The position numbers and the translations under genes are program-made. From Phallusia mammillata (taxonomy: Eukaryota), in assembly GCA_965637545.1 (NCBI GenBank), contig OZ281495.1, forward strand, positions 25,606,001 through 25,670,000: a stretch of 64,000 bases of DNA, written 5' to 3'. This document shows positions 10,503 to 22,600 of this stretch, piece by piece. How positions within the stretch are numbered: position 1 is the first letter of the stretch; each line of letters opens with the position of its first letter. The notes below the pieces were generated by a model, which was not told the DNA's origin, did not search any database, and saw nothing but the letters and a program-made list of their open reading frames with translations.

Positions 10503-12620
10503 TGGCGTACTCTGAATTTCTCTTAATTAGGCTTATGGTGTTAAAAACGTTAGTTACCAGCAAACCAGTCAATGATGGCAAGTCCTTCGCTTATTCCAGT
10601 AATTACCATCGTAACAAACTTGACTGCACCCACAATCGCAGCTGGTATGGCTCTTCCCTTTTTATCGGTCTGTAACAACGAAAACACAAAAACAATAATA
10701 GAACCTTGTTAACTATCTAAGTATAAGTAACTATCAAACAAAAGCACTAAAATAAATAAATAAATAAATAAATATTTTTAATGCCTCAGCCTGTGTACAA
10801 TATGTAATTGATCTCCTAGAACTAAATTTTCCCACTCAAAAACTGATCATTGTGAACAATTGCAGCATGACGAACGAAAAAAGACACGTTTTTAATTTTT
10901 TTAATGAAGACTTTTACTAAAAGTGTAGCTCAACTCACATCAATAGAACATTCAGCGTTTTTTCCTCCCGTACTACTACAGCGCACGACTCCTCTGCTGG
11001 TTTTTATGGTGAAATGCTTTAGTTCCTAAAATCATGGGTTGAATTATTGTTATGCCACAAGGTAAAGGCAAACATAATTAGTGCGTTTGTTTAGATGTTT
11101 TTTTCGTATTCGTTGACGGTATACTGTCGACCAGACCTAAGTCTAAAATTGCTGTTTTGCGCCTTTTAACTATTCGATGTAACCAGCTCGTGGTCATAGC
11201 TTTTTTACCAAGAAAAAATGTCAAAATTGCGCACTAAAAATAAAAACGCTAAAATTTGTCGACATGCCACTTTCACCTCAAATATTCGCTATAGCGTTGT
11301 CATTTTTAGTTATTGGATAATAGTACACAAAATTTTAAATCAACCACAACGTTACCAGTCCGGGTGGAGTTTTAAAGTTAATCTTCATGCAGCCTGGTTT
11401 ACTATCTCTTCCCATTTGTCCTTTGTACCCGATTGTTCTTTCCCCTGTCCCGTTGTGAAGTTCGATGTCGATGGTTTTGCCTTAAAATGAGACAAAAATG
11501 TTGCAAAATCAACTGAATTCAGTGTTAGATAAAAAAACTCACATTTTTGCATCGATGCGCACTTAACGAATGGTAAAAACAAAACAAACAAAAGAAAATA
11601 TCTCATTTCGGACTCTCTACTTCGCTAAACTGTTTCACAAAGTAGTTTTTCTTTCTGACTTTTGCTTACCTAAAACGCCACTGGTAATAAGTTTTGCATG
11701 AAGCGAAACCTTTTTTCCGTGCATGCTTCTGTCATTTCTAGCAAAGACCTGGGCTAATTAATATTATTCTTACCAGAAACACTGAAATCATGGCACGATT
11801 GATCATGTGTTGCACGAAGAAACAGCAGTTAATTGCAAACACCAAGTCGCGGAAAACAATGCTCTTCCTAGGATCGGGGCTACATGTGAGCCAATACTCA
11901 GGTTTTCTTCACGGTGGTTTCCCATCGTCACCAATAATAATTTGACCCAACGTCTGGCCACGTTTATCCATCGAAAGTGCAGGGATCAACGAAAGTGAAT
12001 TTTAATTTAGTTCGATAATTTTTGTTTTTTCGTTGTCATATATTTTACAACTTTTTCGTCGAAGAAACTTTAAATGACCAAGTAACGTTTTTCCTGCAGG
12101 TTTGCAATTAACTAGCCTACATGGCTTAAAGTTAATATAGCCTATACGTGCCAGTGTAAGGTCAATCAAATTCAGTTGCTTTCTGATGGACGTAGCGTAC
12201 TTTCAAACGCTATCAAGCGAAAATCGCCAAATACAACATTACCCACCTTCCATTTTCGGTTCAACTGTTTTGTTAATGCAAAGAGTATTTTTAACAAAAT
12301 CTTAATTTAACGTGTTTTTTAACCGTGAGGCTTTTGCAGCCATTTCCTGATTCGGTGGCACTTCTGTAGTTTTTTTGTGCTATTTTGTTACGTTTTTATG
12401 TCCAGTATCGAAACTCCTACAATACCTGCACCGACATGGATGCAAACAGTTGTCGATAAACTGTGTGTCACGAATGGTTGCCGAAACTGCTGCTGCGCGC
12501 AAGCAAGCAAGGGACTCTTTTTTGCGATGTTTGTTTTGTGGCTGAACCGCTGAATAGAGTTCATTTGCAGCTGTTTTACTTTCCTTTTAATTTTCAATGC
12601 CATTCATGCGCCCACACCTG

Positions 12621-13029
12621 GTAAGTTGTTGTCTTTTTAAATTTAAAACCGTAGTTAAAGCGTAGTCTTTACATACCCTGTACGATTATGATTATTTATC
12701 TATTTTAAGATTTGACATGTTACGTTTGTAAAGAATAATTTTTGACAACACGTTTTTAATTCATTTAAAAAAACAAAAATACCGAAAATTTTGCAATTGC
12801 AATAAAAAAATGATGAAACTTATATTAGCGCGTTACTTACAGCACAAAGTCATAATACTGATAGTTTTACTCATAATCATCAGCAAAGTGTTAACATGTT
12901 TTTGTTAAATCAAGTGGTGTATCAAACCGACATTCTAAGGCACTTGGTTTTGCCTAAAAACCTTTTTAAAGCTGGATTTGTATTTGTTCAATACTAGTTA
13001 TTGAAGTATAGTTTTTTTATTCATTGCAG
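12621..13029 (+). other. Probable 5'-UTR intron of SYK paralog 2
   Basis: Donor CTG/GTAAGT at 12621 and pyrimidine-rich acceptor TCATTGCAG/G at 13029, 33 nt before the ATG at 13063. Confidence 0.55.
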
Positions 13030-13062
13030 GTTTGTCAATGACTGGATGTGATAATCACCAAA

Positions 13063-14892
13063 ATGGCTAGGAATGATTCAATTGAAATGGATTTTTCCAA
13101 TGCTCCATATTATCATGGGGAGATAACAAGATTTAAAGCAAAAGACATCTTAACTGGTAAAGCAAATGGTTCATTTCTTCTTCGAAAAAGCCTCAACAAA
13201 CCAAATGCCTTTGCGTTATCAGTAGCACATGAAGGTAATGTACTTAACTACAGTATTCAGTTATCTCCAGATGCAAACTTGTATAGGATTGATCAGGGTG
13301 CTGGATTTAAGACACCTGTTGAGCTCTGTGAGCATTATAGTCAGGATAAAGGTGGCCTTCGGGTCAAACTAATGTATCCAATTGGCCTAATTAGAACTTC
13401 TTCCATCGCTCATTCAGTCAGGTCACTAACTTTGTCCAATCCTGATTCGAGTTATGAATCAAATGAATGGTTTCATGGAAATATCACACGGGAAGAAGAT
13501 GCATATCGTTTATCTTGTGACTACCGGAGGCTAAGACGGGATGGAATTTTTCTTGTTCGTGAAAAAGAGAACAACTTTTTTGCTTTAAGTCTTGTACATT
13601 GTGCAAAGGTTCACAGATACAAAATTTGCTTTGATACAACTGCAAGAGTGTACAAAATTGTTGGCAAACAAAAGTGCTTTGATTCTTTAGCTTCTCTTGT
13701 GGATTTTTATAGACAGTACCGGCCAGATGGTTTATTATGTGCTCTTGAGGTTGCATGTACCCGGAACTCGAATCGCCCTGCATGTCCGTTTCCAAATCAG
13801 CCAAAAGTAAAAACAAACATAGTTGCTGCCCTAGCAAAACGTTTGGAAAAAATAATGCCAAAAAACAGCCTGGAAGTCAGCTGGGATGACTCCAAGGAAG
13901 AAAATCAGCAGTCATCCCCTCGTCCTAAATCTCAAGACATGGATATGAGTAAGCAGAATGTGTTGTCACGATTTAACAGAAAATCCATGCCTAGAGATTC
14001 AATTGGATTTCAGAGTCCATACAGGAATCTTGCTAACAGTGAACAAGGTGAAATAGTGGCCCCTGATCTTTACATTACAAATGATAAAGTTACAGTTGGA
14101 CGAGAAATTGGTCGTGGTCACTTTGGAAGTGTTAATCTTGGGGAGTGTGAGATTCATGGGCAATTCACACCATGTGCTGTTAAGTCCATGAGTGGAAATG
14201 ATGTTCAGGCAAACAAAAACGAGCTTCTTCGTGAAGTATCAATAATGCAGAAGCTTGACCATCCATATATTGTTAGAGTGTTGGCTGTGTGTGATAGCTC
14301 AAGGTGTGGAAATGAGTTAAAGATTGTCCTTGAGCTTGCACCTTTGGGGGATCTAAAATCATTTTTAAAGCGTCATATTCGAACATCCCTCCCAGAAGAG
14401 CAGTTGCTTACTTTCGTGATACAAGTATGTGATGGCATGGCATACTTATCAAGTCAAAATGTTGTCCATCGAGATTTAGCTGCCCGTAATGTTTTAATGG
14501 TCAGTGAGCATTTTGTCAAGATTTCAGATTTCGGAATGTCCAGGATTTTGCATGATTCAGAAAACTACTACAAGGCTGCCAAACCTGGTGCTTGGCCAGT
14601 CCGATGGTATGCCCCGGAATCTTTGTTGTATTATAAGTTTACAACAAAGGGAGATGTATGGAGTTTTGGTGTCACACTCTGGGAGGTGTTTTCTTATGGC
14701 AACAAACCTTACCAAAATATGAAAGGCCAAGAAATTCTCAACATGCTGGAAGCTGGTCATCGACTAGAGTGTCCATGTGGTTGTTCACCAGGTGCTTATA
14801 CCTTAATGTTGCAATGTTGGGCCCATGAGGGTGACCAACGACCTACTTTCACTGAACTTTTGCCTCAACTGCAACATTTGTTAAATAAATAG
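13063..14892 (+). CDS. SYK: SYK/ZAP70-like tyrosine kinase, paralog 2 (SH2-SH2-kinase), intronless CDS, ~609 aa
   Basis: Single ORF; first ATG at 13063 (the ORF track starts at an upstream GTG, 13048). PYYHG/FLLRKS, EWFHG/FLVREK, FQSPY, GRGHFG, CAVK, HRDLAARN, KISDFG, NYYKAAKPGAWPVRWYAPE. Collinear with paralog 1. Confidence 0.93.
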   Translation: MARNDSIEMDFSNAPYYHGEITRFKAKDILTGKANGSFLLRKSLNKPNAFALSVAHEGNVLNYSIQLSPDANLYRIDQGAGFKTPVELCEHYSQDKGGLRVKLMYPIGLIRTSSIAHSVRSLTLSNPDSSYESNEWFHGNITREEDAYRLSCDYRRLRRDGIFLVREKENNFFALSLVHCAKVHRYKICFDTTARVYKIVGKQKCFDSLASLVDFYRQYRPDGLLCALEVACTRNSNRPACPFPNQPKVKTNIVAALAKRLEKIMPKNSLEVSWDDSKEENQQSSPRPKSQDMDMSKQNVLSRFNRKSMPRDSIGFQSPYRNLANSEQGEIVAPDLYITNDKVTVGREIGRGHFGSVNLGECEIHGQFTPCAVKSMSGNDVQANKNELLREVSIMQKLDHPYIVRVLAVCDSSRCGNELKIVLELAPLGDLKSFLKRHIRTSLPEEQLLTFVIQVCDGMAYLSSQNVVHRDLAARNVLMVSEHFVKISDFGMSRILHDSENYYKAAKPGAWPVRWYAPESLLYYKFTTKGDVWSFGVTLWEVFSYGNKPYQNMKGQEILNMLEAGHRLECPCGCSPGAYTLMLQCWAHEGDQRPTFTELLPQLQHLLNK

Positions 14893-16623
14893 TTTAGTGA
14901 TTAGGCTATAATTTAACTGATGTTGTGTGTACTGTAGTTGGTCTTTTATCATTTTTTGGACATTTCAGTGCCTTTTGTACATGTTTCCTAAAGTTGCAAT
15001 TTGTTCAATTTTCCTGCAGTTCATATAACATAGGTTTGTAGCACTTATTTTATTGTATGCAAAATAGTATGTTTTAGTATTGCTTGCAATCTTCTTCAGT
15101 TACCTGTATGCAATGGTTTTGTGGCAAGTTAATGTGCATTCTTTCAATAAGTTTCTTCAATCTTTATAAGGTGCTAAAGTTTTTAAAGATGCTTGTTGTG
15201 TAATTGAGATTAAAACCACTGTCTGAAGTTACTATTTTACTACATGGCATCTATTTACTGTACAGAAAGCATATTGATTTCACTCTGTAGTTTTTATTTT
15301 CTGTATTTTTTTTTCTCCATTGAAGTTTGTCCATGCACTTTTGGCGTGAAATCTTTGATGCATTTGGATGAAACTTTCACAGATGGTAGATATGGTCAAT
15401 GTAGATGTGCCATTTGTTTTGTTTGATTCATTAGCCCCACTATTTACCCTGTTAGCCCCCTAAAATGGGTGAATTTTTAAACAACATCCAAATTTAATGA
15501 AATTTGGATAACTCGAAGAGTTTGCCATTTGTTGGTGTCAATTGTTGTGATTCACCCTGTAACTGTCTTTTTACGCAAACTTATTACAATGTCAAAATCC
15601 ATATTAATAAACCCTGAAATGCATTATTATTTACAACTATAGTGTATGTGCAATGGCAAAATGTACTAAGCCACCCTACTAGTTTCTGTTTAGTTATTGA
15701 TCTACACTTAACACTTTTATGAAATATAAAGTTTACTTCTATGTTCCATGATTTATGTGTGAATAGCAATCATAGTGGATATGTGCTGTAAAGCCTCTGT
15801 GCCATATAAAATGATTTCATGTGGATTCTCTTGAAATGATTATTATGTTACGTTGTTAAATAAAAGCCACCTGTATGCTTTTAACTTTGTATATCCAACC
15901 TTTTTACTATATTACTAAAAAACAAACCAACGAAAATGACAGTCTCTTGCTGACCTTGGATTCATGGCTACACTGGTCTATATTGCGGAGAAACCGAAAT
16001 GTTACAAATTGCTAGGTTACCATTTCGCCGATGCTTTTTACCGCAGAGACGCAGGTGGTTTATGGCCCCTACGGTGAAACTACCCATGTAAAATTGGTTT
16101 TCTTTTCTATTTTTTAAACAATTATTAAATTCTACTGAAAAGTGCACTTAAATCGTTAAATTTTTTGGTGTAAGCGCTTGGTATTATCTTTTCATAAGCA
16201 TGTGACGATACGCATGACTGCTGCTACTTAAGCAATTGCGTCAGTCAATCAGGGATTCACGACGCACGTATTTGCTGGGACGAATGTATTCAGTTAAAAA
16301 ACACAGGTATACAAACAAATAAAAAGCAGAATACAAATTATAAGTGCAACACGAATCCAATCTACACTCCAATGATGAAAAGAGGCTGTGCATTGTAAAA
16401 GTTTCACGAATGACATTCACCTTGATCAATTTTGACTTTACGTTTTGCAGGAATCAAATATGGCACTTCAGTGTTCTTGTCAACAACTGTTACATCAGTT
16501 CTCACTCCTGTTGGTTGTGGGTTTGAATCCCATTGGGCCGACAGTATTTGTGTCCTATAAGTTTTTTTTCAGCGAGTGGAAAAGTGTTAACAGAGTTGGA
16601 GAATTTTGTTGTTGTTGTTGTTG

Positions 16624-19600
16624 CTATGCTGAAGGATTGTTCAGTGGCCAAAACGTTTTCAAAGGCAGGGAAACGAACTTCGGGGGACCTCGGGCGTGCT
16701 TTCGCTTCGGTGCGTGACTTCGTTCATACTCCGGCGCCACACACCGACTGACTTCGATGCTGCGGACAAAAATATGCGATGAAAAAATTTGTTTTTTGTT
16801 TTTATCCCACAGACACCAATATTACCAAACCAAAATAGCTGTTCAACGTAATTTTGTTTGTACGAAAGCGAATTCTACTTAATGTAAAAAAAAATTAGTT
16901 TTTGAATGTGATTTCTAAAAGTTGAGTTTTTACAGTTTTTCCACTTTCTGATTATAAAAAGAAATATAGGCCTACATAAATTGTACCTCGATGTTTGAAA
17001 ACTTTCACCTATTTTAGTGTACCTTACTACTATTCTAAAAAAATCATAAAAAACACTGATTGTTGTCAGTTGAGCAATCGCGCTGGGTATTATTTGATCA
17101 GTTAGCTATTACCTTTTGATGTTCGTGTACATCAGGGTCTGATCGATCCACACGGCGAAGGTTCCTTGGGTTGGTCGTTCGACTTCCATCTTAGCGGCGC
17201 TAATGTAAAGCTTGCTTCCAACTGATTCCACGCCTTCCTCTTCTGATTGACCCTGTTGAAAAAAGATTTAATTGCTATGTGAGGAAAACTGTACTTTGGT
17301 GGCAGATCGCCGCTTATGCGGGATTGGTAGCCTATTATTTGATCCTAAGAATTCAACATGTCAAGAAACGTAAAAATAAAACTTATTTTCCCTGAATCCA
17401 CAAAACCCAAGAGTTCGGTAAAACCGTTATTTTTATTCGAATGCCCCAAAAGCTGTCTAGTTGGTTATTACATTAGTCTACACAATGCATTGAAACCACA
17501 GAACTCGATAAACTTCGAACAACAACAAGCAATGTTCTGTTTGGGAGGTGGTGCCTTACACGGCTTGATATTTTAAAACCATTGCTGGTCGACATCAAAC
17601 TGTCAAGCTTTGAAACAACTCACCCTTTTCAGTTTCTTGATTGATTTCACATACTTTTCGTTCTCCACCATGGTGACGTGCATGCTATCAGCACCGGCGT
17701 ACAACATTTGCTCTGCACAAACATACACAACACAGTTACGTGATGCAACCATCGCACTTTGGTTTCTCTGTATGGTTTGTGGTGGTTGAAGCAACTAACT
17801 CATCAAGGTCAAATAATGCTTTACTGTAAATATCACAAAGGGCAATCAAAGCCACAGACATTACATAACTTTACTTAATTAACCGCTAGATGGCGCAAAC
17901 CGACTAGTTGTCGATTAAAATCAGTCAAAAAGCCCAAATGGTCCGGCGCGCCTGACCCATATACAGACATAAAAAACCTGATCGGATACGTCCTCGGGAG
18001 TGTCCTGGGTTCGAACCCCGTGAAAAAAAGCCCATGACCCACATACAGACATAAAAAACCCTGATAGGGATTCGTCCCCGGTAGTTTCCTGGGTTCGAAC
18101 CCCGTGAAATAAAACGCATTTCTGTATTTATTTGTACATTTATCTGGTATAAATTGTTTTGAAATAACTAAACTAGGTTGGGTTTACTTGCCACTTTATG
18201 GCAAATACAAGATTTTTATTAGTAAGTCGAAATTTAGGGATATTCTATAGCAAATTGGTCCAATACAATGTGTGAATTAAGTGCCTAATTAGAGCGTAAA
18301 TATTCGGGGGCCGCAATGGATAAACTCTTTTGTATCAAAGGAGCAACTTTGCAGCTTTAATCGACTTTATGTTTGAGACATAAATACTTTATCCACAAAG
18401 CACATCTGCTAGCACTTGGTTACAACTGTTTTAAAGTTCAAGGGTTTGGACCACCCTGTTCTATTGCATCATCTTACCTTTCTTATTGTCGTTAGTAAGA
18501 GCCACTGGAACAATAGACACGGATCGATAAAACTTGGCATCAATCCTTGTGCTTGATTTAAACGTTCCATTTATTCCAAACTGTCAGAAAATTTACATAA
18601 ACCCGAGGTTATTTATTGAATATTTAAATTCTTTACAATGGTTAATCCAAACTTACTTTTGCATATTCAAATGATGTAAAGGCTTCCGGGGGTCCGCTGT
18701 CGTTGGAAAGATCAACAAGCTTTCCAAACCGACCTACAATCATAATTTCCAATTAGTTAAGATTTACCACAAAACCATATCAAAACATCGATCTTTCTGT
18801 GTTATAAGCTGTTACAACAGTGGTGTTTTACAACTTTTTGCTGTGTTCGGACAATTTTTGCTTCGACATACTCATTAACAGCCCGAGTAAAGTGTGAAAT
18901 ACCGTAGTGAAAAAATATGAGGTTAAAAATATTTTTTGTGTCGTAACCGCAAAATCAACGAAATGATTTTTCAGTTATGCACCATATACTTGGCGAAAAA
19001 GCACCGTTCGATAACCGAAACCAACATTAGATTAAAATAATTGTGAAATATGTTTGTGAATAGGCTAAATAAAAATTTGCAAAATTAGACGCAGTACCTT
19101 GCTTGATAGCCTGTTTGTAAGCAACACTTCCAATCTCCACACCAGTGCAGAAAACAACTGTTATCGATTCGTTCGTGCTGCTACGCATGTTGGCCTGCAT
19201 GGAATTGTTGTATGTGAGATTTTGGTCCTATGCGTATGATTTAGTCAACTTACCTTGAACAAAGGAACGTTGTACGTTGTGACGGCAAATCGGGAATATT
19301 CTGCCAAGCTGTTGGCAATTATCTGAAAAATCGTAAAGTGTTTATCTGGTTGCTACATTGACTGTTATCAAAATATTGGGCCTTTGATATATTTATGTTG
19401 TAGTCACAAAACGCATTAGATTTAGACCTATAAAATATTTTTTGTATATATAGTGTTGTAGCCTTACTTTTTCGGGTGTAACAATAGATCTGGACTTGGG
19501 ATCCTCTTTGGCTTTTCCATCGTGTTCGACGTCACCATCGATGTTCTGCGCAAAAAAGGAAATCTATGACGTCAGCGTCTGAGCAGACATTTGATTTCGA

Positions 19601-22600
19601 CTTGATAATAATTTCAAAATCTGCTGACTGACGCGGGTGCAAGGTTCGAAACGCGAAACAGGTTTTGAAAGGCTGTGGTACACTGACCTTTGGACAGACG
19701 CGCAACAGGTTATTGAAGGTCATCGTTACGGACGACTGGTACCAAGGGTCAACGGACCCGAGCATCTCGCCGATCTGAAGGTCAAAGCTGGTTGGTTCGG
19801 CTAAAAACACGGGAAATTTGAGTTGGAATTTCGCTTTGGGTTGAATAATTGAATTCGCGTATAGTGTCATAGTTACCAGGGTAATCGATTCTTTCGTCTT
19901 CGAACGGCGTTTCCCCAACTGGGACGTAAAACATTCTCAGATCCACGTGATTAAGCAGAGGGGCTCTGGTCATTTGACGACGTCTATGATGTAAAACAGG
20001 CATGTATTAGCGTGAGAAGTAAAACAAACTATGAGTGCAAAATTCCATACACTATGCAAATATAAATTGGACGTTACTCGTTTTCAACTGATTCGTGCCT
20101 TTTACGATATTCAACATTATGCTTTTAAATACAACACTAACTGTATGTATTTGCATTTCAGACCAGTCATCTTACAAGTCTTCATCAATCGATAAAACCA
20201 CTATAACAATGACAAAATGTTAGTAAGTACCGAAGTTCGTAGTAAGCTCTTGCCAGGTTGCTGACAGTTTTGTCGTTGCCCACGAACATGATCTTGAGAA
20301 CTTTCCTGCGAATTGACCTCTCGGGAAGGTAACTCATTGAACTTCTGCTCTTCCTGTTTTTCCTGCAAGTCAATAGAACACAGTTGACCTTGCTGATTTG
20401 CCTATGAGTTTGACTGACAACTGTTGTCAACATGTTTTCGAGTTTGTTTTTCGTATCAAAACCTAAAAGTTGTGTTGAAATGAATTTCGTTTTTGCATTA
20501 GTATTATAATCACGTTTTTGATTGCATGTTTAAGACTTAATAGCGAATTGTTGTTGCTAACTATGGGGAGAAATCCCAATCCCATAATCCCTTTATATCC
20601 GGGAATTTACTCAATTGAAATCCCAAGAAATAAATTGCGTTTTTTTCTCGCTTGATATCTAACACTGATGGAAAAACCGTTGAAAAATGGTGAAACAATG
20701 TGAACCACAAGAGCGTACTAAGTTACAGTTCCATTACGAAACTCGCACGAGTAATTAAACTCACCTCACTGCGAGTTTTCGAGATATTTTAACTCCGGCC
20801 ACTCCGCTCCCTTCCCAATCTGTGCCCTGAGGAACAGAAGGTACTCGACGATATCGAGGTCGCTCGGATGGTTTGTCGAGTACAACGCCTGAATCCATTC
20901 TGCGAATACGGCAGTGTTTTAGTCAAAATACTCTTAACTTACAATAGATAAACTGTACAACCAAAGTTTTTACAAGTTGAAAGTGATTGTAAAGTTTATT
21001 AAGTTCAATTTTCCAGTCTTAATGGTGTTGGTATGGGACTTGCATTAAAAATGATTTTTTTAACTTTTTTTTTATCCTTACCTAATTCTTGCTTCTTCGT
21101 CTGTAATCGATTTTGAATCTACAAAATTCAAAGATAAGTAGAAGAACAAAAGTTATCACAAGAAAATGACAACAATAGCATTCATTTTTGGGCAAAATGC
21201 GTTTACTCTGCTCATAAACGAAAAATTACGTGCATTTATTTCTACGAAGTAAAAATTGTGAGTATACGATTTTACTTGACAATTTTACTATAAAACATTG
21301 CCGTCCGTTACCATAAAGTAAGATATTGTTTGACCCTTTAATTAACACGGATGTACATAAACACGATTTAACATTAAAAACGTCTAATACCTTCAGCCAA
21401 ACTCGCCAACTGGCCTTTGTGGTTCGGTGATGACTCGGACAAAGCGTCGTTCGAATTCGACAAAGATCCGGCGCCGAAAACAAAGTGTTTTGGAACAGTG
21501 ACGTTCATACTTCCGTCACTAGCGGCGCTGTCGTGCTCTGGATGATGATTGACTGAGGAGAGGTTGGATTGAGATACGCTACGGTCTACAGTGCCCGTGC
21601 TATGAAAGAGACTGCTCAAGTGGATGTACTTCGAGCTACGGCGACTTTTCTTGCGGTCGCGCAGGGGATCGGAAACCGTTCGCCAGCGCGGCAGGGAAAC
21701 GGCGTCGAAAAAGGCCGCGGCGGCGTTGGGCGGAGTCGATGAAGAACTGCTCGACGCTGAAGGGTAGAATGAAATAGGAAAAGATTGAGAATGTGTAATT
21801 GGTTTTGAAGCTCTTTTATGTTTTTTGTGCCACTACAACGGGCAGTAATTGTTTTAAACTTTATGATTCACAAGTTTTCTTCGGTAAATCGTATTTTTTA
21901 TTGGGATTATGGGACTATTATTAGCTTTAAAGAACATGGTTTATCGGAAATATGTTATCATAAGTTTTTACAGACCAAGACTGACTTTCAACTTTTTCAA
22001 ACCAAGGTTTTTTGCTTGCTGTATACAGGTCGACCCAAATGACGTAAACTCAAATACTGTTTTTTTTTTTATCTATCTTTGTGCTAAAACTAACAGTTTC
22101 AACTAAAATGAAATGATTTGTCATGCTGAAAAATGGAAACAACACCACATGCTTACAAAACTAATTAGTGAGTATATGTTGATGGCCTTAAAGCGAATGG
22201 AGCATTTTGTAACAAAACAAGAAAAGAAGAAACTTAAAGTGAAAAGCAAAAGAGTTTCGAGAAATGTTTTCGTTCCACTCAACAAAACAGCCTCATCACG
22301 ACGCCAACGCAAGCCATGAAGTACATGCCACCGGAACAGTCTTTTTCATGCATAAGACACTTTCAGTTGTTTGACCAACTTTCTGACTATCAACCCCCAC
22401 TTCTGGCAAAAACTTAAACGAGGACAGTCATTACAGTTATATAGTAACACTGCAATCGGCGTTCTAAAAGTTGCACCTATCATGTTTAGCCTGAACGGGT
22501 CATGGTTAACATAGGTTTACGTTATGTTTTATCTACTATCTATCATCACAGTACGCCAGGCCTATTACAGGCGTTGTACCGGATTAGCTGGTTTTCCAAG

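Noticed and set aside
10749-10772. (TAAA)n and other short microsatellites or poly-A runs
   Set aside because: Ordinary low-complexity sequence for an AT-rich genome.
13484-13861. Antisense ORFs over both SYK genes (also 3439-3681, 3989-4267)
   Set aside because: Shadow ORFs of the sense CDS with no recognisable motifs.
18290-18460. hAT element ending in GTTTGGACCACCCTG
   Set aside because: Only one TIR-like end is visible and no TSD, so boundaries cannot be supported.
19532-20003. Apparent frameshift between two ORF-track frames carrying p101 motifs
   Set aside because: Resolved by short GT-AG introns (19876-19801, 19687-19546); the spliced frame is continuous.
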